Part shown: one piece after another, positions 30,491 through 39,522 of the stretch
Layout: each line of letters opens with the position of its first letter
Position numbering within the stretch: position 1 is the first letter of the stretch
Source of the DNA: Sphingomonadaceae bacterium
GTDB lineage: Bacteria > Pseudomonadota > Alphaproteobacteria > Sphingomonadales > Sphingomonadaceae
Assembly (NCBI GenBank): GCA_023384025.1
Contig: JAHDXX010000001.1
Location: 1-53,048, forward strand
Direction of reading: 5' to 3'
DNA: 53,048 nt
The notes under the pieces: generated by a model
What the model saw: only the letters and a program-made list of their open reading frames with translations
Told to the model about the DNA's origin: nothing
The model's database searches: none
Position numbers and translations under genes: made by a program

Positions 30491-32734
30491 ATGGCGATTT
30501 TTACTACCAGCAATGTTCCGATCTCATCTCTGATCGAAGATATCGATATGGGCAAGATCGGCCTGCCGGAATTGCAGCGCCCGTTCGTGTGGCCGAACGT
30601 CAACGTCCGCGATCTCTTCGACTCCCTCTATCGAGGCTACCCTGCCGGTTTCCTGCTGTTCTGGAAAACCGGTGCTGAAGGCGGCCTGAAGAGCATCGGA
30701 ACTGGACCCAAGCAGTCCGTCCCTGAACTCGCAATCGTCGATGGCCAGCAGCGCCTCACCTCGCTTTATGCTGTTGTGAAGGGGATGGAAGTCCTCCGCT
30801 CCAACTTCAAGAAAGAGCGCATCCAGATTGCCTTCAACCCGCTGTCTGGCCGGTTCGATGTCGCCGATGCTGCGATCAAAAAGGACCGTGCCTTCATCCC
30901 TGATATTTCGGTGCTTTGGACGCCGGACTTCAAGGCCGGTGCTTTCCGCAAGGCCTTTCTCTCGCAGCTCAAGGAAATTCGGGAAATCTCGGACGACGAA
31001 GAGGCGGCTATCGAGGATGCCATCGATCACCTTCGCAATCTGCCCAACTACAACTTCGTCGCCCTGACCCTCGCGTCATCGGTCGATGAAGAAACCATCG
31101 CCGAAGTTTTCGTGCGCATCAACGGAAAGGGCAAGGCGCTCAACCAGGCAGACTTCATAATGACGTTGATGTCGGTATTCTGGGACGAAGGTCGGGTCGA
31201 GCTGGAGAATTTCTCGCTTCAGGCCACGGTGCCCAGCGAAGGGCAGGCATCGCCGTTCAACCATTTCATCAAGCCGTCGCCAGACCAGATGCTGCGCGCG
31301 ACTGTGGGATTGGCGCTCAAACGGGCGCGGCTGGCTAATGTCTATGGCGCGCTACGGGGGAAGGATGCCGCGACCGGCGTGGACAACCCTGACAAGCGCG
31401 AGGGTCAATTTGCACTTATGCGCGAAGCCCAGTCGGCGGTTCTCAACCTGGCCAACTGGCATCACTTCCTCGATGCCTTAAAACTGGCGGGCTACCGTGG
31501 GCAGAAGATGGTCAGCTCGGAAGCAGCGATCATTTTCAGCTACGTCCTCTACCTGATCGGCATTCGTGACTACGGCATTGATCGCACTCGGATGCGACAG
31601 GCGATTGCCGAGTTTTATTTCATGTCGGCGATGACAGGGCGCTACACCAGCTCGCCGGAAACTCGTTTCGAAGCCGATCTTGCTCAGGTCCGTGATCTCG
31701 GCATCGAGTCATTCATCGCCAAGCTTCGCGAGATGTGCGACACGACGCTGACAAACGACTACTGGGAAATCACGCTGCCCAGTCAGCTCGCAACTTCGGC
31801 TTCGCGCAGCCCGACGCTCTTCGCCTACCAGGCCTCGCTCATCATGCTGGACGCGCCCGCGCTTTTCAGCCCCCTGAAACTGGCCGCAATGATTGACCCC
31901 GCGATCAAGGGATCGAAGGCGTCGCTGGAACAACACCATCTGTTCCCCCGCGCCTATCTCGAAGGGCAGGGGATTACCGATCTCAAGCAAATCAACCAGA
32001 TTGCCAACTTTGCTCCGGTCGAATGGCCGGAGAATATCAAGATCGGAAAACAGCCCCCGGCAGAATATGTCCCTGCGCTCGACGCGCAGATGACCGCGTC
32101 AGAGCGCGAACGGGTTTATAGCCTTCACGCTCTTCCGCACCTCTGGTGGGAATTGCCCTATGATCAGTTCTTGGTCGAGCGGCGGCTCCGCATGGCACAA
32201 GTCGTTAGGCGGGCATGGGAGCAATTGCGCGGTGATGCTGCCATTGATGCAGTTGCGCCGCCTTCGGTGGCTGAATTGATCGCTGGCGGCGAAACCGGCG
32301 CGGTGGAGTTTAAGTCAACTCTTCGCATCAATCTCCACACCGGTCAGCCGGATGAGAAGATGCATCTGTCCGCGCTCAAGACTATTGCCGGATTTCTCAA
32401 TGCCAAGGGCGGCACACTGCTTATTGGCGTGGCCGATGATGGCGAAGTCCTGGGCATCGGTGCCGATGGCTTCCCCAACGAAGACAAGATGGGGCTGCAT
32501 CTTGTCAACCTCATCAAAGACAGGATCGGCGAGGTTTTCTTGCCTTACGTCCATCCGCATTTCGAAGATCAGGAAGATGAGCGGGTTCTTATGGTCCGTT
32601 GCGAGCCGGGGCCAAAGGCCGCATTTCTGAAGGATGGGAAGGAACAGCGATTCTTCGTCCGTGGCGGTAATGCAACGACAGAGCTGAGCGGTGCGGGCAC
32701 AACCGACTACATCAATCACCGTTTTAAACCATAA
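30491..32734 (+). CDS. GmrSD-like DUF262 plus HNH protein with C-terminal AlbA_2/Schlafen domain
   Basis: LPELQRPFVW, IVDGQQRLTSL, VFVRIN (DUF262); EQHHLFP...NQIANF (DUF1524-like HNH); GETGAVEFKST...AGFLNAKGGTLLIGVADDG (AlbA_2). Confidence 0.85.
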   Translation: MAIFTTSNVPISSLIEDIDMGKIGLPELQRPFVWPNVNVRDLFDSLYRGYPAGFLLFWKTGAEGGLKSIGTGPKQSVPELAIVDGQQRLTSLYAVVKGMEVLRSNFKKERIQIAFNPLSGRFDVADAAIKKDRAFIPDISVLWTPDFKAGAFRKAFLSQLKEIREISDDEEAAIEDAIDHLRNLPNYNFVALTLASSVDEETIAEVFVRINGKGKALNQADFIMTLMSVFWDEGRVELENFSLQATVPSEGQASPFNHFIKPSPDQMLRATVGLALKRARLANVYGALRGKDAATGVDNPDKREGQFALMREAQSAVLNLANWHHFLDALKLAGYRGQKMVSSEAAIIFSYVLYLIGIRDYGIDRTRMRQAIAEFYFMSAMTGRYTSSPETRFEADLAQVRDLGIESFIAKLREMCDTTLTNDYWEITLPSQLATSASRSPTLFAYQASLIMLDAPALFSPLKLAAMIDPAIKGSKASLEQHHLFPRAYLEGQGITDLKQINQIANFAPVEWPENIKIGKQPPAEYVPALDAQMTASERERVYSLHALPHLWWELPYDQFLVERRLRMAQVVRRAWEQLRGDAAIDAVAPPSVAELIAGGETGAVEFKSTLRINLHTGQPDEKMHLSALKTIAGFLNAKGGTLLIGVADDGEVLGIGADGFPNEDKMGLHLVNLIKDRIGEVFLPYVHPHFEDQEDERVLMVRCEPGPKAAFLKDGKEQRFFVRGGNATTELSGAGTTDYINHRFKP

Positions 32735-32785
32735 CGCGCACGCCTACGAAGCGAACGATCTCAGGTCATCGTTCAAATGCATCGC

Positions 32786-34054
32786 TCACGCTGGGATGGC
32801 GCAAGCCTCTTCGATGCGCTCGCTATTCTCGATCTGGTGCTCAATGGTCATCGACGAAACGCCAAGCTCAGAGGCTATTGAGTAGATATCGCGTTCGTCA
32901 TCCCGCATGGATCGAATTTCGTCAATTGGAGCAAGAAATTCAGCCGCAAATGCTCGTCCCGCTGCTTGGCGGTAGGCGTTGTGAAGCCGATTGATGGGCG
33001 CAGTTGAAGGGCTAGGAAAGCACGCGGCATCACCGATCGCACGAGCGAGAGCAAATCGGTTCGTCACATTTGCTTCTTCGGATTCACCGTGATTCCGGAC
33101 GTGAATGTCGATCCCATTCTCTGCTTCACGCCGCAGCGCGTTGATCCCATCCACCTTGGGAGCAAGATTGTAATTTTTTGGTGCGCCAAATTTCCGTGCA
33201 ATTTCAAACATCGAACGGAACCTGTCGGATTGCGCGATTCCCAATTGCTTCCTGATTGCTCTGGCGCGACGATATCCAACCGCCCAAGCGGGTTCATTAA
33301 GCCGCTTCGGGTCTTCCTTTTGAGCTACGTCCACGATCGTTCGAAGATCAGAGAGGCGGTAACGGAAGCCTTTCATCCCAACCATGCGGTCAACCCACTT
33401 TAGGAGACGCTCTTGGTCAACTTCCGCAGCACCTGATACAAACTCGATTAGCGCTTCGTCGTCGAAAACGTTCTCTGCACCTTCGATAAATTTGGCTGCA
33501 TCGTCCGCAATTTGATACGGGTCTAGGCCTAAGCCGCCGGCAGCTTCGCAGAACTCACGTTCTTGCGATTGACGCGAACGTTTCACTCGTTGCCAGCGAA
33601 GTGCTGCACCTGTTTTGTCCAAACCACGATCGTCCAGTCGCTCCAAGACCTCTTCGATCAGTTCACTAAGAAATGCCTCGGCATCATCGCGACTTAGAGA
33701 TTCGCTGTTTCCTCCCCAAAATCGCAAATCTGGGTCGGAATATGCGACTTGGTAAGCGGCTATATCGAAAATTGCGCCATCAAAGCTGAAGCGAAGGTCA
33801 GGGAGAAGGTAACCTGTCCGGTATTTTCTAAATGAGAAAACTCGGTCGCGCGCGCCGAATATGCTCCACCAATCGTGAGCCAAACCTGATGCAATGCCGT
33901 AAAGCGCAACGGTCACACTCTCGCCAAGCACGTTGTCAATGAGGTGCTTTGTGACGTTTTGGCCGCTCAACTCTAGCGTGAAATCAGCAACAGTCGCGCG
34001 CTCCTCTGGCGCCGCATTCTCTGCCTGATCCAGCCATTTAATCGAACATTTCAC
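32786..34054 (-). CDS. ImmA/IrrE-fold protein with degenerate zinc motif
   Basis: C-terminal RFALARAIGD (HExxH position), RAFAAEFLAP, IASELGVS; unknown N-terminal domain. GTG start at 34054 inferred. Confidence 0.7.
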   Translation of the reverse strand: MKCSIKWLDQAENAAPEERATVADFTLELSGQNVTKHLIDNVLGESVTVALYGIASGLAHDWWSIFGARDRVFSFRKYRTGYLLPDLRFSFDGAIFDIAAYQVAYSDPDLRFWGGNSESLSRDDAEAFLSELIEEVLERLDDRGLDKTGAALRWQRVKRSRQSQEREFCEAAGGLGLDPYQIADDAAKFIEGAENVFDDEALIEFVSGAAEVDQERLLKWVDRMVGMKGFRYRLSDLRTIVDVAQKEDPKRLNEPAWAVGYRRARAIRKQLGIAQSDRFRSMFEIARKFGAPKNYNLAPKVDGINALRREAENGIDIHVRNHGESEEANVTNRFALARAIGDAACFPSPSTAPINRLHNAYRQAAGRAFAAEFLAPIDEIRSMRDDERDIYSIASELGVSSMTIEHQIENSERIEEACAIPA

Positions 34055-34442
34055 GCTTTTCCGCCTCGTCAATTGGCCAACCTTTGTAGGTGCCAGCAAT
34101 CTGGTTCACCGCGAATCCGAACCAATGCTGCCCTTCAGTATCCTTGTACCATATGTGCTTTGGATAAGTCTTATCACCTTCAAAATAGCGAAATTGCCCC
34201 TGCCTCAACGCAATTCTTACCCATTCCGTCGCCTTCTCGCGGTCCTTCTTGCTAACCATCCTGCAAATCGATGTATGCTGCTTTTTTGGTCGGCTTGCTC
34301 GCCCCTTAGCATCTTCCCATGCTTGTGGAAGCCCACCCCACCAACGTTTGACCTTGTGTTCTGGGCTTCCGACATAGCTCGCCTCACCGATCTGGGTTTC
34401 TGTCAGCGTTGGTCTGGCAGGCAATTGGGTCGGGCGTGGCAT
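34038..34442 (-). CDS. small basic hypothetical protein, putative toxin
   Basis: 134 aa, Lys/Arg/Trp-rich, YVGSPEHK and YKGWP motifs; overlaps the downstream ImmA-like gene. Confidence 0.65.
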   Translation of the reverse strand: MPRPTQLPARPTLTETQIGEASYVGSPEHKVKRWWGGLPQAWEDAKGRASRPKKQHTSICRMVSKKDREKATEWVRIALRQGQFRYFEGDKTYPKHIWYKDTEGQHWFGFAVNQIAGTYKGWPIDEAEKREMFD

Positions 34443-34799
34443 GACAGGTGACTGGACGGAAAAATTCGCTGCGGCAAGCTTGAGGCAGTGCGCAACTTAT
34501 CTCGCCCTAAGAAGCCCTCCCATGGAGGGCAGAAAGTTTGCCCCTCCCTCATGATACTGGGTCGGGAGCGATTCGCGCGCATATCTCGGTATCGCAGGTG
34601 CAGAATCTGGTTTGTGAGAGCGTTATTTTGCGCCGATGCCACCGAAGGGCGCTCGACAGAAAAATATTTCGATTGCGTCGAAATTTTGTTTCAGATGTCT
34701 ACACATGTCTCGGTGCATCCATAGCCTTCCCAATTTCAGCAATCTCAGCTTGACCTGCGGAAGAGCTGACTCCGACTGACCCTTGAGCTAAGCAATAAT

Positions 34800-34814
34800 G
34801 TTCTCATTATGTTC
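34800..34814 (+). promoter_or_regulatory. alphaproteobacterial LexA (SOS) box
   Basis: GTTC-TCATTAT-GTTC, an exact GTTC-N7-GTTC, 39 nt upstream of the AlpA start. Confidence 0.75.
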
Positions 34815-34853
34815 CGAAGAGGGGCTGCCAATGTCAATGTGTGAGAACGCCCA

Positions 34854-35060
34854 ATGTCCAATACCGAACGGATCATCCGACTGAAAACTGTGCTCGACCG
34901 TACAGGTCTCTCTCGCTCCACCATCTATCGCAAGATTGCCGAGGGGACTTTCCCTTCACAGGTGAAGATAAGCGTCCACGGCGCAGGCTGGCATGAATCT
35001 GCAATCAATCGCTGGATTGCCAATCCTGCGCACTATCGTGAAGAGGAACCGGCTGAATGA
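34854..35060 (+). CDS. alpA: AlpA-family regulator / recombination directionality factor
   Basis: IIRLKTVLDRTGLSRSTIYRKIAEGTFP...GWHESAINRWI. Confidence 0.9.
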   Translation: MSNTERIIRLKTVLDRTGLSRSTIYRKIAEGTFPSQVKISVHGAGWHESAINRWIANPAHYREEEPAE

Positions 35061-35245
35061 GTGCGCAGCAACCTGTCGAGCCGATCTGTGTCAAGGTCAA
35101 TGACGCTGCCCGCATGATCGGTGTCGGGCGCACGAAACTTTATGAGTTGATCTCCAGTGGCCAACTCGAAACTGTCAAGATCGGCAAGGCAACGCGGATT
35201 ACGACCGCCAGCTTGCACGCACTGGTCAATCGGAAGCGCTTTTAG
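35057..35245 (+). CDS. excisionase-like HTH protein
   Basis: VNDAARMIGVGRTKLYELISSGQLETVKIG; ATGA overlap with alpA. Confidence 0.85.
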   Translation: MSAQQPVEPICVKVNDAARMIGVGRTKLYELISSGQLETVKIGKATRITTASLHALVNRKRF

Positions 35246-36413
35246 GGGAAGTATTCGTCTCGATGGTGGCAGGTGGGCTATCCAGGTGCTTTGCCCACCG
35301 TGCCATCAATTCACGCCGCTTGTCGAAGAAGTCTGTGCGGCGATAGGCGGCTTCAACTTGATTGGCCAGCTTGTGCGCCAAGGCCTTGTCCGCGACCTCC
35401 TTTGGGAAGTCGGTCCTTTCGGCTGCCCAGTCTGTAAAGGCGGAGCGGAAGCCGTGAACGGTAGCGCCTTTGATTCCGTCGTCGCGCATTAGCTTAGTCA
35501 TCGTCATGTCGCTGATGGGTTTCTCTCCGTCATTTGAAAATACCAGATCGTCGTCCGACACCCTTTCTTTCCAACGCCTGCGCAACAAGGTGATGGTCGA
35601 AGCGGACAACGGAACGACATGGGTCTCGCGCGCCTTCATCCGTTCACCGGGAATGGTCCAGATGCCCTCATCGAGATCGAACTCGGTCCAGACCGCTAGC
35701 CGCGTTTCATTGGAACGCACCGCATTGTAGATCGTGAAGCGCAGTGCATCGCGCCCGGTTGTCGGCGATGCAGCAGCGAGCCTCGCCATGAAGGCGGGCA
35801 CTTCGGCATAAGGCATGGCCTTCAAGTGCTCGGTCTTGGCGGTCTGGCGTGGCAAGCCTTTGCGAACCGACCGCAGCGACGCCTCTTCCTCAAGCCATCC
35901 CTTGATATGTGCAAAATCCAACACCGAACCGATGCGTTGCAGAATGCGGCGCGCGGTCTCGGGAATTTCAAGCCAGATAGGCGTCAGCACCTCAACGACC
36001 AAGGCGCTGTCAACCTGATCTACCGGCCTCGATCCGATCAATGGGAAGACGTGATTTTCGAAACTCGAAATCCAGTTGGCGTAGCGGCGATTTTTCCAGC
36101 CCTCCTTCAAAGCGTCATAGCATTCACGAGCTGCGCGTTCGAAGCTCGGCACAACCATGCGTGACTTGCGCCGTTCAGCCACTGGATCGACACCAAGGCG
36201 AACCTGACGGCGTAAAGCGGTGGCTGCCTCTCTTGCTTCGGTTAGGGAAACGTCCAACGCTGATCCAAGGCCATAGTCGCGCCGTCTTCCGTTGTGCTGC
36301 ATTCTCAACACCCAAGTGCGAGCGCCGCTCTCCTTCACGTATAGGCAAAGGCCACGCCCATCTACATGTCTACCGGGTTTCGCATTTTTCACTTTGAGTG
36401 CTGTAAGTGGCAT
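35226..36413 (-). CDS. int: P4-like tyrosine integrase (element 1)
   Basis: Arm-binding N-terminus (DGRGLCLYV...YGLGS); catalytic R (AVRSNE), HGFR, LAH, AAY. Confidence 0.95.
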   Translation of the reverse strand: MPLTALKVKNAKPGRHVDGRGLCLYVKESGARTWVLRMQHNGRRRDYGLGSALDVSLTEAREAATALRRQVRLGVDPVAERRKSRMVVPSFERAARECYDALKEGWKNRRYANWISSFENHVFPLIGSRPVDQVDSALVVEVLTPIWLEIPETARRILQRIGSVLDFAHIKGWLEEEASLRSVRKGLPRQTAKTEHLKAMPYAEVPAFMARLAAASPTTGRDALRFTIYNAVRSNETRLAVWTEFDLDEGIWTIPGERMKARETHVVPLSASTITLLRRRWKERVSDDDLVFSNDGEKPISDMTMTKLMRDDGIKGATVHGFRSAFTDWAAERTDFPKEVADKALAHKLANQVEAAYRRTDFFDKRRELMARWAKHLDSPPATIETNTSPKSASD

Positions 36414-36433
36414 TGGTTCGAGTCCCCGTCTAA

Positions 36434-36458
36434 ATGATCCCACATTCGTTCCCACAAA
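36434..36458 (+). repeat. 25-bp direct repeat copy 2 (putative arm sites)
   Basis: Identical to 19370-19394. Confidence 0.8.
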
Positions 36459-36574
36459 ATGTTGGGATTTCAGGCAAACCGGAACGACCGACTGCGAATA
36501 CATTACAAGACAAATCTCTGAAATTACAGTGTAGTTAGAGACGTCCCGGAATTGCTTGAGACAAAAGTTCTACG

Positions 36575-36590
36575 CCTCTTCTGGGCACCA
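36575..36590 (+). repeat. attR of element 1 / left boundary of element 2
   Basis: CCTCTTCTGGGCACCA equals the last 16 nt of tRNA-Leu. Confidence 0.92.
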
Positions 36591-36767
36591 TTTGTTCTCA
36601 TCAGAACGTTCCAAAACATTGCAGAAATGGCGGAATTCTGCCATTCTTGACCTCTTGCGCAGAAAGCGAGGTCGTGTTTTTTTCCGCTTTGTTCCAACGT
36701 CTCTGGGGGCCTCGGCTGGGGGCTCCAGCCTAAAAACCCCCAATTCGCACGAAAGTGAGGCCCCCAA

Positions 36768-37970
36768 ATGAGCCTCAATGTGCAGGAAATCAAAGGCTTC
36801 CGGGCTGCCGACAAGTCGTACAAGAAATACGATTCGCGGGGCCTATTGCTGCTGGTGAAGCCGAACGGCTCGAAGCTCTGGTATTTCAAGTACCGCTTTG
36901 GCGGTAAGGAGAAGAAGCTACCCATTGGCGCGTTCCCAGAGATCAGCTTGTCGCAAGCGCGACAGCTTCGCGACCGAGCACGGCTCAAGGTTTCCGATGG
37001 CATCGATCCGATGCTGGAGCGGAAGCGGAAGAAGGCCAGGATCAAGCTGGGTGCGGAAAACACCTTCGAGGTCATCGCCAACAAGTACATCGACGAGAAG
37101 ATGGTGCCCGAAGGCAGGGCGGAAGCCACGCTGCGCAAGGCGCGCTGGTTCCTCGAACTGCTCAAGCCCGCAATCGGCAATATGCTAATCAACGACGTCG
37201 ATCCGCAGCTAATGCTGGCGGCGCTCAAAAAGCTTGAAGCCAAAGGTAATCTCGAAACCGCGAAGAAGTGCCGATCCTTCGCAAGCCGAGTGTTCCGGTA
37301 TGGAGCCGCGCTTGGCCAGTGCCAAACCGATCCAACATCGATCCTAAAGGGCGCATTGGTCACGCCAAAGGCACGGCACTACGCGGCGATCCTCGATCCC
37401 GAGAAGTTGGGCGGGCTGCTCCGCGCTATCGATGATTTCGAATGCTACCCGGCGACGAAATTCGCGCTGAAGATCGCGCCCCATGTCTTTGTGCGACCCG
37501 GTGAGCTTCGCCACGGCGAGTGGAACGAGATTGATTGGGACAAGGCCACTTGGACAATTCCGGAAGGCAGGATGAAGGCGCGCCGGACCCATGTGGTGCC
37601 GCTATCACGTCAGGTGTTGGAACTGTTTCGAGAGCTGAGATCGATTACTGGCAGCAAGGGCTACATCTTCCCGGCGTTCCATACGCGCCAACGTCCCATG
37701 AGCGAGAACACGATCAACGCGGCGTTTCGGCGTATGGGGTTCACCAAAGATGAAGTGACCGCCCATGGGTTGCGCTCAACTGCCTCGACCTTGCTCAACG
37801 AGAGCGGGCTTTGGCATCCCGACGCGATCGAGCGCGCTTTGGCTCACGGCGATAGCAACGCAATTCGAGGGGTCTATAATCGCGGGAACTACTGGGATGA
37901 GCGTGTGAAAATGGCTCAGTGGTGGAGCGACTATCTGGATGAGCTCAAGGCTGCGATCTCATGCAATTAA
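36768..37970 (+). CDS. int: P4-like tyrosine integrase (element 2)
   Basis: DSRGLLLLVKPNGSKLWYFKYRFGGKEKKLPIGAFPEISL; FVRPGE, HGLR, LAH, GVY. Confidence 0.95.
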   Translation: MSLNVQEIKGFRAADKSYKKYDSRGLLLLVKPNGSKLWYFKYRFGGKEKKLPIGAFPEISLSQARQLRDRARLKVSDGIDPMLERKRKKARIKLGAENTFEVIANKYIDEKMVPEGRAEATLRKARWFLELLKPAIGNMLINDVDPQLMLAALKKLEAKGNLETAKKCRSFASRVFRYGAALGQCQTDPTSILKGALVTPKARHYAAILDPEKLGGLLRAIDDFECYPATKFALKIAPHVFVRPGELRHGEWNEIDWDKATWTIPEGRMKARRTHVVPLSRQVLELFRELRSITGSKGYIFPAFHTRQRPMSENTINAAFRRMGFTKDEVTAHGLRSTASTLLNESGLWHPDAIERALAHGDSNAIRGVYNRGNYWDERVKMAQWWSDYLDELKAAISCN

Positions 37971-38009
37971 GATGGCAGCTCTGAATGTCACGTTGATCGC
38001 TGGCATCGC

Positions 38010-38791
38010 CTAGGCCGTGTTGACAAAAGACTTCAGCCATAGGCGAGCGGCGGCGAGGTTGAGGAAGCTCTCGAACGACAGGATGGTCTTGTCGTAGCGG
38101 GTGGCGATGCGGCGCTGCTGCTTGAGCTTGCCGAACATGCGCTCGACGCGGTTGCGGTCCCGGTAGCGGCGATAGTCGGGATGCTCGGGCACCTTGCGGT
38201 TCGAGCGGGGCGGGATGATCGGCAGGATGCCCCGGATCAGCAAGCTCTCGCGGAAGCGATCACCGTCATACCCCTTGTCCGCCAGTAGCGCCTTGGGCGT
38301 GGTGACGGGGATCGCCATCAGCGGCTCGGCGGCGGTGTAATCGGAGGCCTCGCCGCCGGTCAGGATGAAGCCGAGAGGCAGTCCCTGATTGTCGCAGCGG
38401 GCGTGCATTTTGCTCGTAAAGCCGCCGCGTGATCGACCAAGAGCGTTCTTAACTGCCCCCCTTTTCCGCCCGCCGCCGAGACGTGGCCGCGAACCGAAGT
38501 GCTGTCGATCATGTGCTGCCAGTCGTCGGTTAGACCCAGATCGACCAGTGTTTGCAGAAGGGCATCCCAGACGCCCTGTTCGGCCCAGCGCCGGAACCGG
38601 ACATAGACCGAATTCCACTTGCCGTATCGTTCGTGCATGTCGCGCCAGGGGCAGCCGACCCTCAGCACGTGGAGCATACCATTGAGAAAGCGTCTGTTAT
38701 CGCCCGCTGGCCGCGCCCACCGACCCCGCTCAGGCGGCAACAGAGGCCCGATCAGTTCCCACTCCGCATCCGACAAGTCTCCACGACCCAT
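38010..38791 (-). CDS. IS5-family transposase in two overlapping frames (probable programmed frameshift)
   Basis: OrfA MGRGDLSDAEW...IDSTSVRGH; OrfB LGRSRGG...ADKGYD...RNRVERMFGKLK...ATRYDK; junction at AAAAGGGGGG (minus strand, about 38456-38465). Confidence 0.88.
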
Positions 38792-38861
38792 GACTGCTCC
38801 TCAAAAAGCAGTCTTGAATCAGAACTCGGGGCAAATGGGAATCCCTTTTGTCAACACGGCC
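38013..38861 (-). mobile_element. IS5-family insertion sequence (IS427-like), 849 bp
   Basis: 17-bp terminal inverted repeats GGCCGTGTTGACAAAAG / CTTTTGTCAACACGGCC, each flanked by TA. Confidence 0.92.
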
Positions 38862-38863
38862 TA

Positions 38864-39107
38864 GGCTATCGCACCAAGGAAAGAGTCGATCGTCTTGAAA
38901 TGCCACCGCCACTCGTTCTGGGCGGTCAATCACACCTGAGTGTGATCCGGGTGGCAACAAACCCATGATCGCATTCAAGATCGAGGTTTTTCCCACCCCA
39001 CTCTTTCCAATGATCGAAACAATTTCGCCGGGCGCGATGCGCATCGAGAAACTGGAAAACAATGATCGGTCGAATATGATTTCGAGCTCATCAATCTGCA
39101 ATGTCAC
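38864..39107 (-). pseudogene. N-terminal fragment of an ABC transporter ATP-binding protein
   Basis: GEIVSIIGKSGVGKTS Walker A and AFQDDRLFPW Q-loop; cut by the IS, with no signature motif or Walker B on the far side. Confidence 0.78.
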
Positions 39108-39297
39108 GTCGCTTGGCTTCAATGATCGCGTCTCTTGTTGAAAGCAGATGACCCAACGGAGAAGAGCATATTCCGCTGGTGCCGCAATTTCCACCCGGTC
39201 GCATTGGTTGCCCTGAACTCCCGCGCAAGTCCAACCCTGTTTCGAGCTGTTTGAAGATAACCGGTCATTGGTGGCTAGCGCCGTCCATGGCCGGGCG

Positions 39298-39522
39298 CTA
39301 AGCGCCCGGTTCCTTCTTCTCGTCGTCCAGCGGCGTACGCAGGACGATGCGGCCAATGATCGGCACCACTTCCAGCTGAAGTGAAAGCCCCTTGCGATCG
39401 CGGTGGAACCACGCGGCTCCGATGCGGGTCCAGAAACCTTTATCGCCCTTGTTGGCAACATGCCAAGCGAGGAAGTCCGGCGGATTGGTCTCCTGCGCGG
39501 GTGCGGTATTGCTGCGTGCCAT
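39298..39522 (-). CDS. small DUF736-like protein (putative ssDNA-binding fold)
   Basis: 74 aa with FWTRIGAAW...GLSLQL; GAAAGGA RBS. Confidence 0.62.
   Translation of the reverse strand: MARSNTAPAQETNPPDFLAWHVANKGDKGFWTRIGAAWFHRDRKGLSLQLEVVPIIGRIVLRTPLDDEKKEPGA

Larger units (their letters stand above)
19301..36590. mobile_element. integrative mobilizable element (about 17.3 kb) in tRNA-Leu
   Basis: Perfect direct repeat CCTCTTCTGGGCACCA at 19301-19316 and 36575-36590; integrase, AlpA, Xis, relaxase, oriT; AT-richer cargo; no T4SS or coupling protein. Confidence 0.92.

Noticed and set aside
36415-36425. GGTTCGAGTCC identical to the tRNA T-arm, just upstream of the integrase start
   Set aside because: Only 11 bp, lacks the acceptor-stem/CCA part and overlaps the int translation start region; chance cannot be excluded, so not called as an att site.
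38360-38618. Transposase split into two ORFs, read as a pseudogene
   Set aside because: The overlap at an A4G6 slippery run with intact terminal repeats fits programmed frameshifting known in IS5-family subgroups.
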